Shown piece after piece: positions 32,499 through 45,413 of a stretch of DNA of 64,000 bases (position 1 is the stretch's first letter; each line of letters begins with the position of its first letter). The translations under genes were made by a program, and so were the position numbers. The notes beneath the pieces are model-generated. The model was not told the origin of the DNA, did not search any database, and worked only from the letters and a program-made list of their open reading frames with translations. Source of the stretch: the human T2T-CHM13v2.0 reference genome, Homo sapiens; assembly GCF_009914755.1 (NCBI RefSeq), contig NC_060929.1. One strand, 5' to 3'.

Positions 32499-33669
32499 AC
32501 ATCTCCATCTGTCTCTGTCACATCAAATAGATCAATAATGATAACAGCAATGATATCAATAATAAAACTGCATTATTTATAAGAAACAATTTTTTTTTCT
32601 GCTTTGAGTAGGGAATATTTCTGTATTTCTTTTTTGGTTAAATGGTCAGATTGACAAATTGCTGATTTTTTTAGTGCTTGGCTGTTCACTGTGCAGCATC
32701 TTACTGGAACAATTAAAATGGTACAGAAAAGTCAGAGCTGTGGAACCAAAGCTGGGGGTTTCTTGAGAACCAGTGAAAATACTTAGCAGTTTGAACTAAA
32801 TAGACCTTGGCCATATGTAGGCCAATAACCATGCATTAAATAAATTTCAATTTTTTATGGAATCTCTCTTGGGTGTCTTTTTTCTTCTATTTTCAAAGAT
32901 GCAAAAAGAAAGAGTCAGTGTCATTAAGCATAAATTATCTTAAGCATAAATTATCTCATCTCAGAGATGAGATGATATAGGTCAAGGTCCAGCACCCTGG
33001 AAAGATGGAGTCTAGTGTAGCAATTTTCTTGACTTTCTCTATGTCTTCTAGGTCAAGTAAGCTACTTCCTTCTAGTTCTGATATGTGCTATAAATGTATA
33101 GCCTGTGTATATATTTGACTACCTATAGCAAACCTTTTTTAGAATGGTAGGGAGAGAATACAGCAGGTAAATCTAATCATCCCTTTTTGCACAAGACCCT
33201 CTGTCCATATCTTTACTTCAAGAATCCTTTTAGAGTTTCCTTTTAGAGTTGGAAATCAATAGAGTGGAATTCTAGTACTGTCTCTTTTTCAAGAAGAAAA
33301 AATATCTTCATGACATCAGAGGCTTTGGAATTTATTTGTGGTCACAGAGGTAATCCTTGTCATACAATGAATGGACTAACTGATAATTCCCAGCCTTGAG
33401 CATATTATCTCTGTCCGTATCCCTCTTTTTGTCCAGTTGTATATCACAGAGTATTCATTATTGAGAAATGCATTTGCTTGTTGTCTGATTCTCTCCTTAT
33501 GCAATGGTTTTGTTGTTTGGATTTTGAGGTCTAAGTTTTCGTCTGGAGGAGACTGGGTTATTACTAAGCTCATTACCAAGATGTGGAGGAAAGATCTCAG
33601 TTCAAGTTAAATTGCATATGTTTGCCCTCAAATTCACATTTGTATTAGCATCTTAGCCTGTCTTCTAAG

Positions 33670-34013
33670 AAATGAAATTTATTTCTTACATTGAAGGCTG
33701 GAAATCTATTGTCATGGGGGCACAGTAACAGCCTTCTTGCTGGTGGGAACTTTGCAGAGTATTGAGGTGGCACAGGGCATCACACGGCAAGGAGAATGAA
33801 TGTGCTAACATGCTAGCTCAGATCCCTCTTCTTATATAGTTACCAGTCCCATTACCTGATAACCCATTAATCTGTGAATGGATTAATTCATTCATGAGGG
33901 CAGAGCCCTTATGATCCAAGTGCCGCTTAAACAGGCCACGTCTCTCAACACTATCACATTGGGAATTACATTTCAACATGAATTTTGGAAGGAGCAAACA
34001 TTCAAACCATACA
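33670..34013 (-). mobile_element. MST-type MaLR LTR (partial)
   Basis: TTCATTCATGAGGGCAGAGCCCTTATGA...TTTCAACATGAATTTTGGAAGGAGCAAACATTCAAACCATA. Confidence 0.8.
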
Positions 34014-34050
34014 AAATGGAAAAATAAATCAAAATAAAATAAACCTCCTT

Positions 34051-34131
34051 AGCTTTGCTCAGTGGCAGTATTATGACCAACGAGCTCCATCTGAGGCATG
34101 ATTATTGCTAATTGAAAACTTTTCCCAGTAC
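34051..34131 (+). pseudogene. RNU4: U4 snRNA pseudogene, 3'-truncated (U4 nt 1-81)
   Basis: Ungapped match to U4 from nt 1 (AGCTTTGC...ATTATTGCTAATTGAAAACTTTTCCCA); by manual comparison with recalled U4, about 12 mismatches in 81; lacks the 3' domain and Sm site. Confidence 0.93.
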
Positions 34132-34917
34132 GACTATTGAAATATAGTTTAGATTGGCATTTTTTGGACAGTCTGTATGGAAACTAAACTTTGTTGGTAA
34201 AAAAAATAAAAATTAATGATAAATAAAAAATAAACTGCTGACTTAAGTTGATTTATAATTCTGTATCTCATAAAATTGGAATATACATTTATTATAATTT
34301 GTAGCAGTCTAGGAATTTTGATGCTAGGGTAACAGGTGGGGTTTTCTTCCCTATACACCTTCTTGATGCTAGAATAGGGTAATTTATAAGATAGGAATAA
34401 GATCTGAATATATAATAGAAATTGTTCTTAGATGCAAGCACCGGTAGCATTTTAAGTAAGGTAGAGAAAATAGACTGCTAATAAAGTAACTGGAGTTGTA
34501 TCATAAGATACTGCCAATCTTAGAAGTAGAAAGCTGTGCTTGTCTTGTATCTCTTTCACCCTGATGCTGGACCAGGAAGAGTAGAATTTGTTAAATGTCT
34601 TCCTCTTATAAGAAGGGCCTGAGGAAACCATCAAAGTGGACCAAGTGACTGACAGCCCAGGCCAGAGTCCATGCTAAAGCAGCAGTGACATGCAGAGGCA
34701 TAGAGGGACATTGAGGGAAATATTTCATTTATATATTTATTGACACTAGGGTTTCTTCTGTGAACTATCCAGTGGGATCCTTAGATGCATTTTAAAATTA
34801 GTTTTCTTATCTTTTGCTTATTGGCTTGCAAAAGCTTTTCATAAATTAACTATTTTAGGCATTTGAATAATTTTTTTTATTTTGTGTGTAATTTTTTTGT
34901 AAACAAAAAAGCCTACA

Positions 34918-35019
34918 ATTTTGTTTGTGTGTTTGTTTGTTTTGAGATGGAGTCTCACTCTGTCACTCAGGCTGGAGTGCAGTGGCATGATCTTGGCTCA
35001 CTGCAGCCTTAGCCTCCTG
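34918..35019 (-). mobile_element. Alu 3' fragment (~100 bp)
   Basis: (GTTT)n tail followed by GAGATGGAGTCTCACTCTGTCA...GCCTCCTG. Confidence 0.85.
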
Positions 35020-35954
35020 ACAAATGTTTTTATTTGATATCATGAAACATGTTTATCTCCTTTATGGCTTTTGGGTTCCTGCTAAGCAAAATTTAACAAT
35101 TTCTAAATGCAACATTTCCTTCAAAATTGGAAGTTTAAACTTATATACTAGTAGCTCACCTTACTACTTTTTAGGTGTTTTATTATTATTATCACATTGA
35201 TTTCTCTTTAATCTCCTGCATCTATTTCTCAGCCTAACTTTGGAGATAATCTTTCACCAAGAGCTCAGTTTTGGAAATACTTTCAGTGATTCTTCTCTTC
35301 TTTGGTTCACTACTTGGGTGGTTCTTCATTATTTCCTATTTTCTCTTTAGCTCTCTATGTTTTGCCACCTGTGATTTGCTCAACGCTCATTTCCTAAAAC
35401 CGAGCCCCAAGGAAGAAATAACCACAATTGCCTTGATCAATAACAAGATAGAGAATATTTTCATTTCTGTGTCAGATTTTACTTTTCCCAATTACTATTT
35501 ATAATTTCAAAATATTCACTATCTAAGCAACTTAGGAGTAAACAAACTTACATTTACATTCCCCTTTATTTCTCTCCTCCTCTGGGACCTTAACCTGCCA
35601 CTGTTCTTCACTGATTCACATCACTCAGCTGATCTCTTTAAGTGGCACTTGTCACCCCAAGAGGGTAGTGAGGGCTGCCTCTGCTCTTTAGCTCATATTG
35701 TACGGCAGTGCTCTTTGGAACTGTCTGGCAAGGACTCCGTTCTCTCTCACTTACCTGCTAGGCGTGAATTTCTTTGTTGGTGACCACCTTGAATCTTCAT
35801 GGTGCCAGTGACTTGAGATGGTCTGGCAGAAGTGGATGATAAAGATTTACCTTGTATTACCTTGTAATACAAAGATTTACCCTTTGTATTAAATTTTTTA
35901 ATGGCTTTCAAAAGTTGAGTTATTTAGGCCCAATGAGACACTGAGTTCAGTTAG

Positions 35955-36432
35955 TAACTTAGTTTAGATTCCTCAAAAGCCAGACTCTGGGGCAAGAATT
36001 TGGGAGCAGGTGGTTTATTTGTGAAGTGTTTGCAGGAAGCAAAAGTAAAGGAGTGGAGAAAGAGAGAGAGGAAGAAGTGCCAACAAAGGTGCATTAAACA
36101 CTGTGTATATGGAGGAACAGTGGTTCCATCTTACTAGGAACTCTCTGAAATACTGGTTAGAATAGAACTCAGAATTGTCCTAGTGGGTGTCTGGGAAGCT
36201 TGGGTATTTATCCACTGACTCTCATATCTCACTTGTTAAAGGATGTCCCTGGGGGTTAAATCTCCAGCATTTTGGGGCTATCCCACAGCACTGAGCAAGC
36301 TCTCACAACTCTGCAGAAAGCCCCAAGACTGAAAAACAGAGACATGCAGGCTCTGAAAGGCTGTCAGCCATGCACGGGAATGTCCACCATGGTTGTTGGT
36401 GAATGAAACAGGACACTGACAGCACCTACCAT
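35955..36432 (-). mobile_element. LTR33-like ERVL LTR
   Basis: CAGACTCTGGGGCAAGAATTTGGGAGCAGGTGGTTTATTTG...GGGTATTTATCCACTGACTC resembles reverse LTR33. Confidence 0.65.
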
Positions 36433-37477
36433 TGAGAAATTGAGATTTCATTTCTATAATTATAGCCCCCTGGCTGCATTTATGTGAATACACGTTCCAT
36501 TGTGTTTTCTTTGAGCCAGTGTGAATGCTGGCTGTCTTTTTGGGAACACATTTGCTATCAGCCCACTCCCTACCCTCCTACTCTTCTCCTGCTGATACAC
36601 TTCTGTCTGCCCTTTCAGTTTTCCAGAAATATGTGAGTATGTCTGAACCCCAGCAATGTATACAGGTTCAGTTATTTCCTAGGGGTCCCGTTAGGTTTCC
36701 ATGCAAATAGATTTCCCAGTAGTTCCCAAGCTATGGCCATGACATATCTTAACTCTCACCAGTGGACACAGCTGTGCTTAAGCTGAGAATCACACTATAC
36801 AATCTTAAAATCTGATCTTTTACGTATTTTCTCTTTCCTGACCTCTGCCAACTGGTATTTGACATATTCTATATAAAGTAAAATAAAATGTACTTATAAA
36901 CAGTTTTTTGCCAGGTTTCCCTAGATACACTTAGCAACTGCCTTCTTAAAACACGGCTTAAGCACAGACTTAACATGACAGCATTTCTTTAAAAAGGACA
37001 GACGATTAATTAGTTCTGCCATGTGTAGAATGCCAAATAATTATCTTCTTTTCATTGCTGCATGCAGTCTCCTCCAATTATTACCTTACAAAGATTTTAG
37101 AAGAAATACCTCAAAGAAGATTGACTTTGGGCAAGTGACATTCTGTCAGAACCATTCCAAGGACAGAAGAGGATGAATGGGACTCAGTGACTACTGAAGT
37201 CTTCCCTCTTCCATTGATCGATGTTACAGCTCCAGGCAGGGGACCAGTTTCTCTGTATTGCATTTCCTTCAGTTTTAACACAGAAATACTAGTATACTAA
37301 AGGACTCCAGGGAAGTAAACCCAGAGGGGCAAGGACTGCTCATGGCAGAATAGTAAGAGGAGCCATGTGACCGTGTTTGCAAACTCTTGTTAAAGATTAA
37401 CACTAGTTGAGGTTAACTTGCATTGAGGATAACTTCCCAATTAGCAGCGCATCTGAAATTGCCCTTATAGGGCTTAA

Positions 37478-37863
<386 letters not shown>

Positions 37864-38877
37864 TGATGTCTTTCTGGAGAACTTAGTTTAGTGTTTTATC
37901 CACAGTGTACTTAATAAATGCCAAGTGATGTGTTGCATGACTTCTCAGACTCTTACTAATATTTTTCTCCATATTCAGGGAGGCATATCGTAAATTCAGA
38001 GAGAAATTCAGAATTTATCCTCTTCTATAACTACAGAATGAGGGAAGACTAAGCTATCAATATCAGTCTGCATCTCTCTGCAGTTCATACCTCTGGGTCT
38101 CTGTCTTTGTACCTCTGTGTCTGTATCATTCTTTCTCTCTTTTCTACAACCACATATACTTTAGATTCCCTGTTCCCTCCAAAGAGCATTTCCTACGATT
38201 AAGATGAATCATGATCAGTCTTGCCATTTCAAGGCTCATGAGAGGGGAAGCTTGGTAGAGTGTAAAAAGCCTAGGTTCTGGGCTTTGTTGCCCAGAATTC
38301 ATTGCAAATTTTTTTTTCCTGTCTATGACTTTCTTTTTATTCTTTAAGAATATCATTTGGAGAGCAGAAGTTTTTAATTTTGTAAAGTCTGCTTTACCGA
38401 TATCTTTTTCACTGATAGATGATTGGTATTTAAGAAATTATTGTCTAACCCAAGATCATATAGATTTTTCACCGTGTTTCTTCTAAAAATTTTGTAGCTT
38501 TATCTATTACATTTAGGTCTATGATTTCTCTTGCATTAATTTCATTATGATACAAATTAGGTATCAAAGTTCATGCTTTTGCATATGGGTATTCTGTTGT
38601 TCCAGCCACTACTTATTGAAATGACAATCCATTCTCTATTTTTGCATCTTTGTTGAAAATCAGTTGTCCATATGTGCAGGTCTATTTCTGCAATAACTAC
38701 TCCATTCCATTGATCTATTTGTGTACTAATACCACACTGTATTTATTAATGCAGCTTTACAATAAATCTTGAAAGCAGTTAATGTTAGCCCTCCCACTTT
38801 GGTCTGCTTCTCAAAGTTATATTTGGCAATATTAAGTTGTGTGCATTTCCATATGAATGTTAGAGGCAGCCTGTTAC

Positions 38878-39174
38878 TTTTTTTTTTTTTTTGAGACAGG
38901 GTCTCGCTCTGTCGTCCAGGCTGGAGTGCAGTGGCCGCGATCTTGGTTCACCGCAAGCTCCGCCTCTCGGGTTCACGCCATTCTCCTGCTTCATCTTCCC
39001 GAGTAGCTGGGACTACAGGTGCCCGCCACCAAGCCCGGCTAATTTTTTTTATTTTTAGTAGAGACGGGGTTTCACCGTGTTAGCCAGGATGGTCTTGATC
39101 TCCTGACCTCGTGATCCAACCGCCTCGGGCTCCCAAAGTGCTGGGATTACAGGCGTGAGCCACTGCGCCCGGCC
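38878..39174 (-). mobile_element. AluY, full length, CpG-rich, no TSD
   Basis: GCAAGCTCCGCCTC, TTCACGCCATTCTC and CGTGTTAGCCAGGATGG are Y diagnostics. Confidence 0.95.
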
Positions 39175-39839
39175 GATATTATTATTTTAAAATTATAATA
39201 TCCAATGCGTGTTGCTAATATATAAAACTAAAATTGGTTTTAGCATATTAATCTTATATCTTCCACCTGACTAATCTGTGCAATCTGTAGTGATGTCATT
39301 TTTCCAATTTCTGATATTGGTAATTTTGTCTTCTTTTTTCCCGATCTGCCTGACTACAGTTTTTTCAGTTTTATTGATTCTCTCAAAGAACCAGCAATAG
39401 TTTCATTTATTTTTGTCTGCTGTTTTTTTTTTAATTTTTGTATTTGCTTATTTCCTATCTGATCTTTATTATTATTTTTTTCTTTTGGTTACTTGGGTGC
39501 AGTGGTTAATTTGCCATTAATCTATTTGGTGTATATTTTATATCCCATATTGTAGGTTTTCTATTTGTGTGTTTTTATGTCTTCCATGTTTTTACTTCTT
39601 TTTCTACATATGGAATATGGTTATAATAATCATTTCAATGTACTTGTCTGATAATTCTAATATCTGGGTCAGATTCAATTAATTTTTATTTTCTTTATGA
39701 TTTGTATTTTTCTTGTTCCTTGCATGCCTGCTAATTTTTGATTAAGTGACAGACATTGTGAATTTTGCCTTGTTGGCTCTGGCTATTTTTGTATTCCTAT
39801 ATATATTCTTAAGATTTATTGGAGTAAACTATATATATA

Positions 39840-40159
39840 TATTTATTTATTTATTATTTATTTATTTATTTTTTTGACAGGGGCTCACTTTGTCACCCAG
39901 GCTGGAGTGCAGTGTTGCAAACATGGCTCACTGCAGCCTTGACCTCCTGGGTTCAAGTGATCCTCCCACTTCAGCCATGCAAGTAACTAGGACTTACAGG
40001 TATGTGCCACCACATCCAGCTAACTTTTGTATTTTTTTTTTTATAAGCGGGGTTTTGCCATGTTGTCCAGGCTGGTCTTGAACTCCTGAGCTGAAGAGAT
40101 CTGCCTGCCTTAGCCTCCCAAAATCCTGGGATTACAGACGTGAGCCACGGCACCTGGTC
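39840..40159 (-). mobile_element. AluJ with (TTTA)n tail
   Basis: ATGGCTCACTGCAGCCTTGACCTCCTGGG. Confidence 0.92.
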
Positions 40160-41659
40160 TTTTTTTTTTTCTTTCCATCTTTTTTTTCGGACCAGACGTA
40201 TGTTTAATCTAGGACTAATTATTCCTCACTACTGAATCAAGACCATTCTGAGTGTTCTACCTGAATGTCTTTACCAATTATGAGGTTCTCTAGTCTGGCT
40301 GGTGGGAACAGGACAATCCTCTGTCCTTTTTGAGTTTTAGAAACTGTTCCCTGTTATTCTTACAGATGGTTCTGTCCCATAGACTTGGGTAATTTCCTCA
40401 CATTTTTGCACTGATATAAACTCTGCTGAATATTTCAGAGATACCTTCTTCAGATATCCAGGGTTATTTTCCTGTGCAGGTTTCTATTAACTCCTCTGTC
40501 TGATAAATATACCCTCTTGGTCTCTGTAGAGTCTCAGCTTCCATCTTTTCAACTCAGGGAACCTCAAGTTCCACCTTGCTTCTCCCTGCCCATAGCATCA
40601 TCTGGAAACTCTTGAGACACAAGCTGGGCAATCCTAAGAATCACTTTCTTTATTTCCCATCCTCAGGGATTACTGTTTTTCTTGGCCTGATGTCCAGTGT
40701 CCTAAAATCCACTGTGCCAAATGTGTTGTCTAGATTTGATTGTTTCTGTCAGGGGGTTAAATCTAGTCTCTGTTACTCCATGTTGGCCAGAAGCAGAAGT
40801 TCCTCAAAGCTAATTTTAATTATGTGATTTTTCACCTCATTAAATTGAGAATAACTAGTTGATTTGAAGGACTGTGATGCTAGTAAATAAAGCCGAGTTT
40901 GGCATAGTTAGAGCTAGAACTTATAGCCCAGTCTCTATTCCATGTGGCAGTCAATCTCTAACAAATTGTAATTTATAAAATTTTGCATGTAGGCATATGT
41001 GTATTTGGGCACATAAGTACAGCTATACCATTTTTTTTTATGTCTGATAGCTCAGTTTCAATCATTCACACAAATATCAGCAAAAAATAGTAAGTGCAAT
41101 GATATAGTGGTTTTCACAAAGAAGATATATTCCCATCTGCATGCCTACTGTTACTGTAGTGTAAATTTACCATTATCTAGTGTGTTATAAAGCTAACAGA
41201 TCTAATTTTACAGTTTTTCCAACACCAATCATACAAAGCTGTGAGCTGACAGCTATATGTTTATTTTGCATCAAGCATATCCTGGAAGGTGAAAACTCAT
41301 ACCCGTATACCATGATTTTTATGCAGAGATAATGCTTAAATTAACACATGGAGAGATTTAATTTCATTTACATATTTTAACATTATGAGAAATTATATCT
41401 GCCAGATTTGTTGGTGAAAGCTATGTTGTAGATTGATTATTCTAAAAGTAGAATTGGCTTCTTTCTGTTCATTATTGGCAAATACATATTAATTGCTTCC
41501 ATCTGGGAAAAATTCTTAGCACTGAATGAAATGTATCATAGAAGAGTTTCTGGCAAGTGAGATATATATATATATATATATATTCAAAAAATTTATTGAA
41601 TGAATGAATGAATACTTGCATGTTTCTTCAAGCTCCTAACCTAATTTGTATTGAGTCAT

Positions 41660-42440
41660 TTATAAATTTATAAATATTCATGAAGTACCTATTAAGTACC
41701 AGGCACTAAAAATACACAAAGATGAATAAATTACAGTTGCTACATTTAAGGAGCTGATGGTCTACCATATTGCATGAGCCATAGGTACATTCTATGGTAC
41801 AAGGTGTTTGTGGGGTTAATGCCGTAAAATGGTACAAAGAAAACTCCACAGGGAGTGATCACTACAAAATAAGAAGCATTCGCCTACACTTGGGAGGAAT
41901 TGGGAAAATAGACAAGACATTAGAAATGGATTTAGAAATATAAATAATGTTTTGGTAGGTTAAAATAGGCAACGAAGAAGTTCCCCAGCAGAAGAATATC
42001 AGGTATAAAACCACGCCTGCTCGGGCAATCGAAGTGTTCTAGCAATCTGGTGAACAGGGAAACCGCAGACAGAGTTAAGCGATGAAGCTGGAGTGGTGCG
42101 AGGCCTGAAGTAGAGGTTACAGTGTTGGCACCTTTGAAAATGAGCAGGATGGGTTTCTATTTAAAGTCATTAGGTAGCTGGAAGACATTCATGTATTTTA
42201 GTAGGGATTTTGCACATGATTGAAAGTGTGTGTATGAAGAACTGACACGTGAAGGCAGGAAAGAAGTGGGCAGTATTCAGAGATGGGGAAGCCCAGTTGA
42301 AGGTGAAGCAAAATAATTCTGGAAATTAATCGTTGAAGTACAAGATGGGGTCTATTGTAAAGATATTTCAGAGGTAAAAATCTACGTAATTTGGCAATTA
42401 GTTGAATACAGGCTATCTAAGTGAAGGAGAGGGGATCTTG
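41660..42440 (-). mobile_element. L2 3' region (degraded)
   Basis: AGTACCTATTAAGTACCAGGCACTA...AAGATGAATAA...AAGGAGCTGATGGTCTA is the reverse L2 3' end; a forward (GAAT)n L2 terminus lies at 41582-41612. Confidence 0.6.
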
Positions 42441-44169
42441 CTGTCAAGAAAGAATTTTACAAATATACAGGCATTCCTCATAGATATTGTGGATTCTATT
42501 CAAGACCACCACAGTAAAGCAAATATCACAGTAAAATTAGTCACAAATTTTTTGGCTTCCTAGTGCAAAAAAAAGTTATGTTTATACTGTACTGTAGTTT
42601 ATTAGATGTGTAATAACATTATGAATAACAATGTGCATAACTTAATTAAAAAATAATTTATTGCTAAATGCTAATGACCATTTTAGCCCTTGATGAGTCA
42701 CAGTCTTTTTGCTGGTGGACGGTCTTTCCTTGCTGTTGATGCTGGTGGTTGCTGAAGGCTGGGGTGGCTGTGGCAATTTCTTAACATAAGACAACAATGA
42801 AGTTTGTCACATTGATGGACTCTTCTTTTCAGGAAAGATTTTTCTGTAGCATGATAAGCATTTTACATACAATATAATTCTTTTCAAAATTGTAGTCAGT
42901 CCTTTCAAGCCCTGCTGCTGCTTTATCAACTAAGTTTATAGAGCATTCTAAATCTTTTGTTATCCTTTCAACCTTGTTCACAGAATCTTCAACAGGAGTA
43001 CATTCCATCTCAATCAAGCACTTTCTTTGCTCATCCCTAAGATGCAACTCCTCATTCATTCAAGTTGTATCATGAGATTGGCAGCAACTCAGTCACGTCT
43101 TCAGGCTCCACTTCTAATCCTAGTTCTCTTGCTATTTCTACCACATCTGCAGTGACTTCCTCCACTGAAGTTTTGAATTCTTCAAAGTTTGGAATCAACT
43201 TTTTCCCAATTCCTGTTGAGGTTGAGATTTTGACCTCCTCCCATGAATCAAGCATATCCTTAATGACATCTAGAATGGTGAAGTTTCTCTAGAAGGTTTT
43301 CAATGGATCTTTTCCAGAAGGTTTTCAATGGATCCAAAGAGGAATCACTAGGAAAGTCAGTTACAGCCTTACAAAATGTATTTCTTAAACATTGAGAGTT
43401 GAAAGCTGAGATTACTTCTTGATCCATGGGCTACAGAATGAATGTTGTATTAGCAGGCATTAAAGACATTAATTTTCTTGTACATCTCCATCAGAGCTTT
43501 TGAATGACTATGTGCATTGTCAGTGAGCAGTAATATCTTGAAAATAATTCTTTTTTTGGAGCAGTAACTCTCAATAATTGGCTTAAAATATTTACTAAAC
43601 CATGCTGTAAAAAGATTTGCTGTTATTGAAGTTATGTGTGTTTTTTTAATTTATAGAGGACAGGCATAATAGATTCAGCATGATTCTTAAGGCTCCTAGG
43701 ATTTTGGAAATGGCAATGAGCATTGGCTGTATCTTATAAGTCACCAGCTGCATTATTCTGTAACAAGAGTCAGCCTATCTTTTGAAACTTCGAAGGACAG
43801 GTATTGATTTCTTCTCTGTAACTATGAAAGTCTTAGATGGGATCTTCTTCTGATAGAAGACTGTTTTGTTTCCACTGAAAATCTGTTGTTTAGTGTAGCC
43901 ACATTCATCAATTATCTTAGCTAGATCTTCAAGATAACTTGATGTAGCTTCTACATCAGTACTTGTGACTTCACCTTGCACATAAAGTTACAGAGATGGC
44001 CTCTTTCTTTAAATCTCATGAACCAACCTCTGCTAGCTTTCAACTTTTCTTCTGAAGCTTCCTCACCTCTTTCAGGCTTCATAGAACTGGAGACAGTTAA
44101 GACCTTGTTCTGAATTTGGTTTTGGCTTAAGGGGATGTTTTGGCTGGTTTGATCTTCTATCCAGACCAT

Positions 44170-44253
44170 TCAAATTCCTGGTCTCAAGCGATTGCCCCTC
44201 CTTGGCCTTCCAAAGTGCTGGGATTACAAGAGTAAACTACCATGCCTAGCTCT
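44170..44253 (-). mobile_element. Alu left-arm 5' fragment inside Tigger1
   Basis: CTTGGCCTTCCAAAGTGCTGGGATTACAAG...CCATGCCTAGC; only the first ~80 nt of Alu. Confidence 0.85.
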
Positions 44254-44812
44254 GGAGTAGCATTTTTAATTTTTTAATTTTCATCTAGAACGTACCCTTT
44301 CATTCACAACTTGTCCAACCGGAGCAAGAGGATTAGCTAACCTGGTATTCAACATGCCTTCCTCACTAAGCTTAATCATTTGTAGCTTTTGATTTAAAGT
44401 GAGAGATGTGCAGCTCTTCCTTTCACTTGAACACTTAGAATCTATTGCAGGTTTGTTAATTGGCTTAATTTCAATATTGTTGTGTCTCAGAGAGTAAGGC
44501 AGCCCAAGGGGAAGGAGAAAGACGGGGAAATGGCCAGTCAGTGGAACTGTCAGAATACACACAATATTTATCAATTAAATTTGCCATCTTATATGGGCAC
44601 TGTTTGTGGCACCCCAAAACAATTACAACAGTAACATCCAAGATCACTGATCATCCTAACAGACATGATAATAATTAATAGGTTTGAAATATTGTGAGAA
44701 TTACCAAAATGTGATGTGGAAACACAAAGTGAACACATGCTATTGGGAAAATGGCACAGATAGACTTGCTCAATGCAGGGTTGCCACAAACCTTCAACTT
44801 GTAAAAAATGAA

Positions 44813-45413
44813 ATCAGCATGTGGAAGAGGTATCCTCACTTTTGTGTTTAATTGCAGCACTAATCACAATAGCCAAGATATGGAATCAACCTGAGTGTAC
44901 ATCAATGGATATACATATATATATATATGAAAATATTATTCAGCCATAAAACAGAATGGAATATTGTCATTTGCAGCAACACAAATAAGTCCAGAGGACA
45001 TTATGTTAAGTGAAATAAGCTAGACCCAGAAAGACAAATATTGCATGGTTTCACTCATTTGTGGTAGTTAAAAAATTGATCTTAGCAGGTAGAGAGTATA
45101 ATGATGGTAACTAGAGTCCGGGAAGTGTAGGGAGATGAAAAGAAGTTGGTTAATGGCCACAAAAGTACAGTTAGATAGAAGAAATAAAATCTAGTGTTCA
45201 GTAGCACAGTAGGCTGACTATATTTAACAATCATGTATATTTCAAAATAGCTAAAAGAGATTAATTCAAATATTTCTAGTACAAAGAAAAGACAAATATT
45301 TAAGATGATGGATATCTCAGTTACTCTGATTGAATCATTACACATTTTATGCAGCTACCAAAATGTCCTGTGTACCCAATACATACAATAGTTATTATGT
45401 ATCATTTAAAAAA
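44813..45413 (+). mobile_element. L1MA-type 3' fragment inserted in Tigger1
   Basis: ATTGCAGCACTAATCACAATAGCCAAGATATGGAATCAACCTGAGTG...; approximate TSD AAAAAATG(A/T)AAT. Confidence 0.85.

Larger units (their letters stand above)
38305..40810 (-). mobile_element. Old L1M fragments interrupted by two Alus
   Basis: Reverse ORF2-like text (TTGCATATGG...TTGTTCCAGC, TTCCATTGATCTAT, TTCCATATGAA, TCAAAGAACCAGC); boundaries approximate. Confidence 0.7.

Noticed and set aside
43291-43335. 19-bp direct repeat AGAAGGTTTTCAATGGATC
   Set aside because: A local slippage duplication inside decayed Tigger1 with no sign of function.
42829-44574. Domesticated TIGD/CENP-B-like gene
   Set aside because: The transposase is broken into short frames with an Alu inside; it is a decayed Tigger1.
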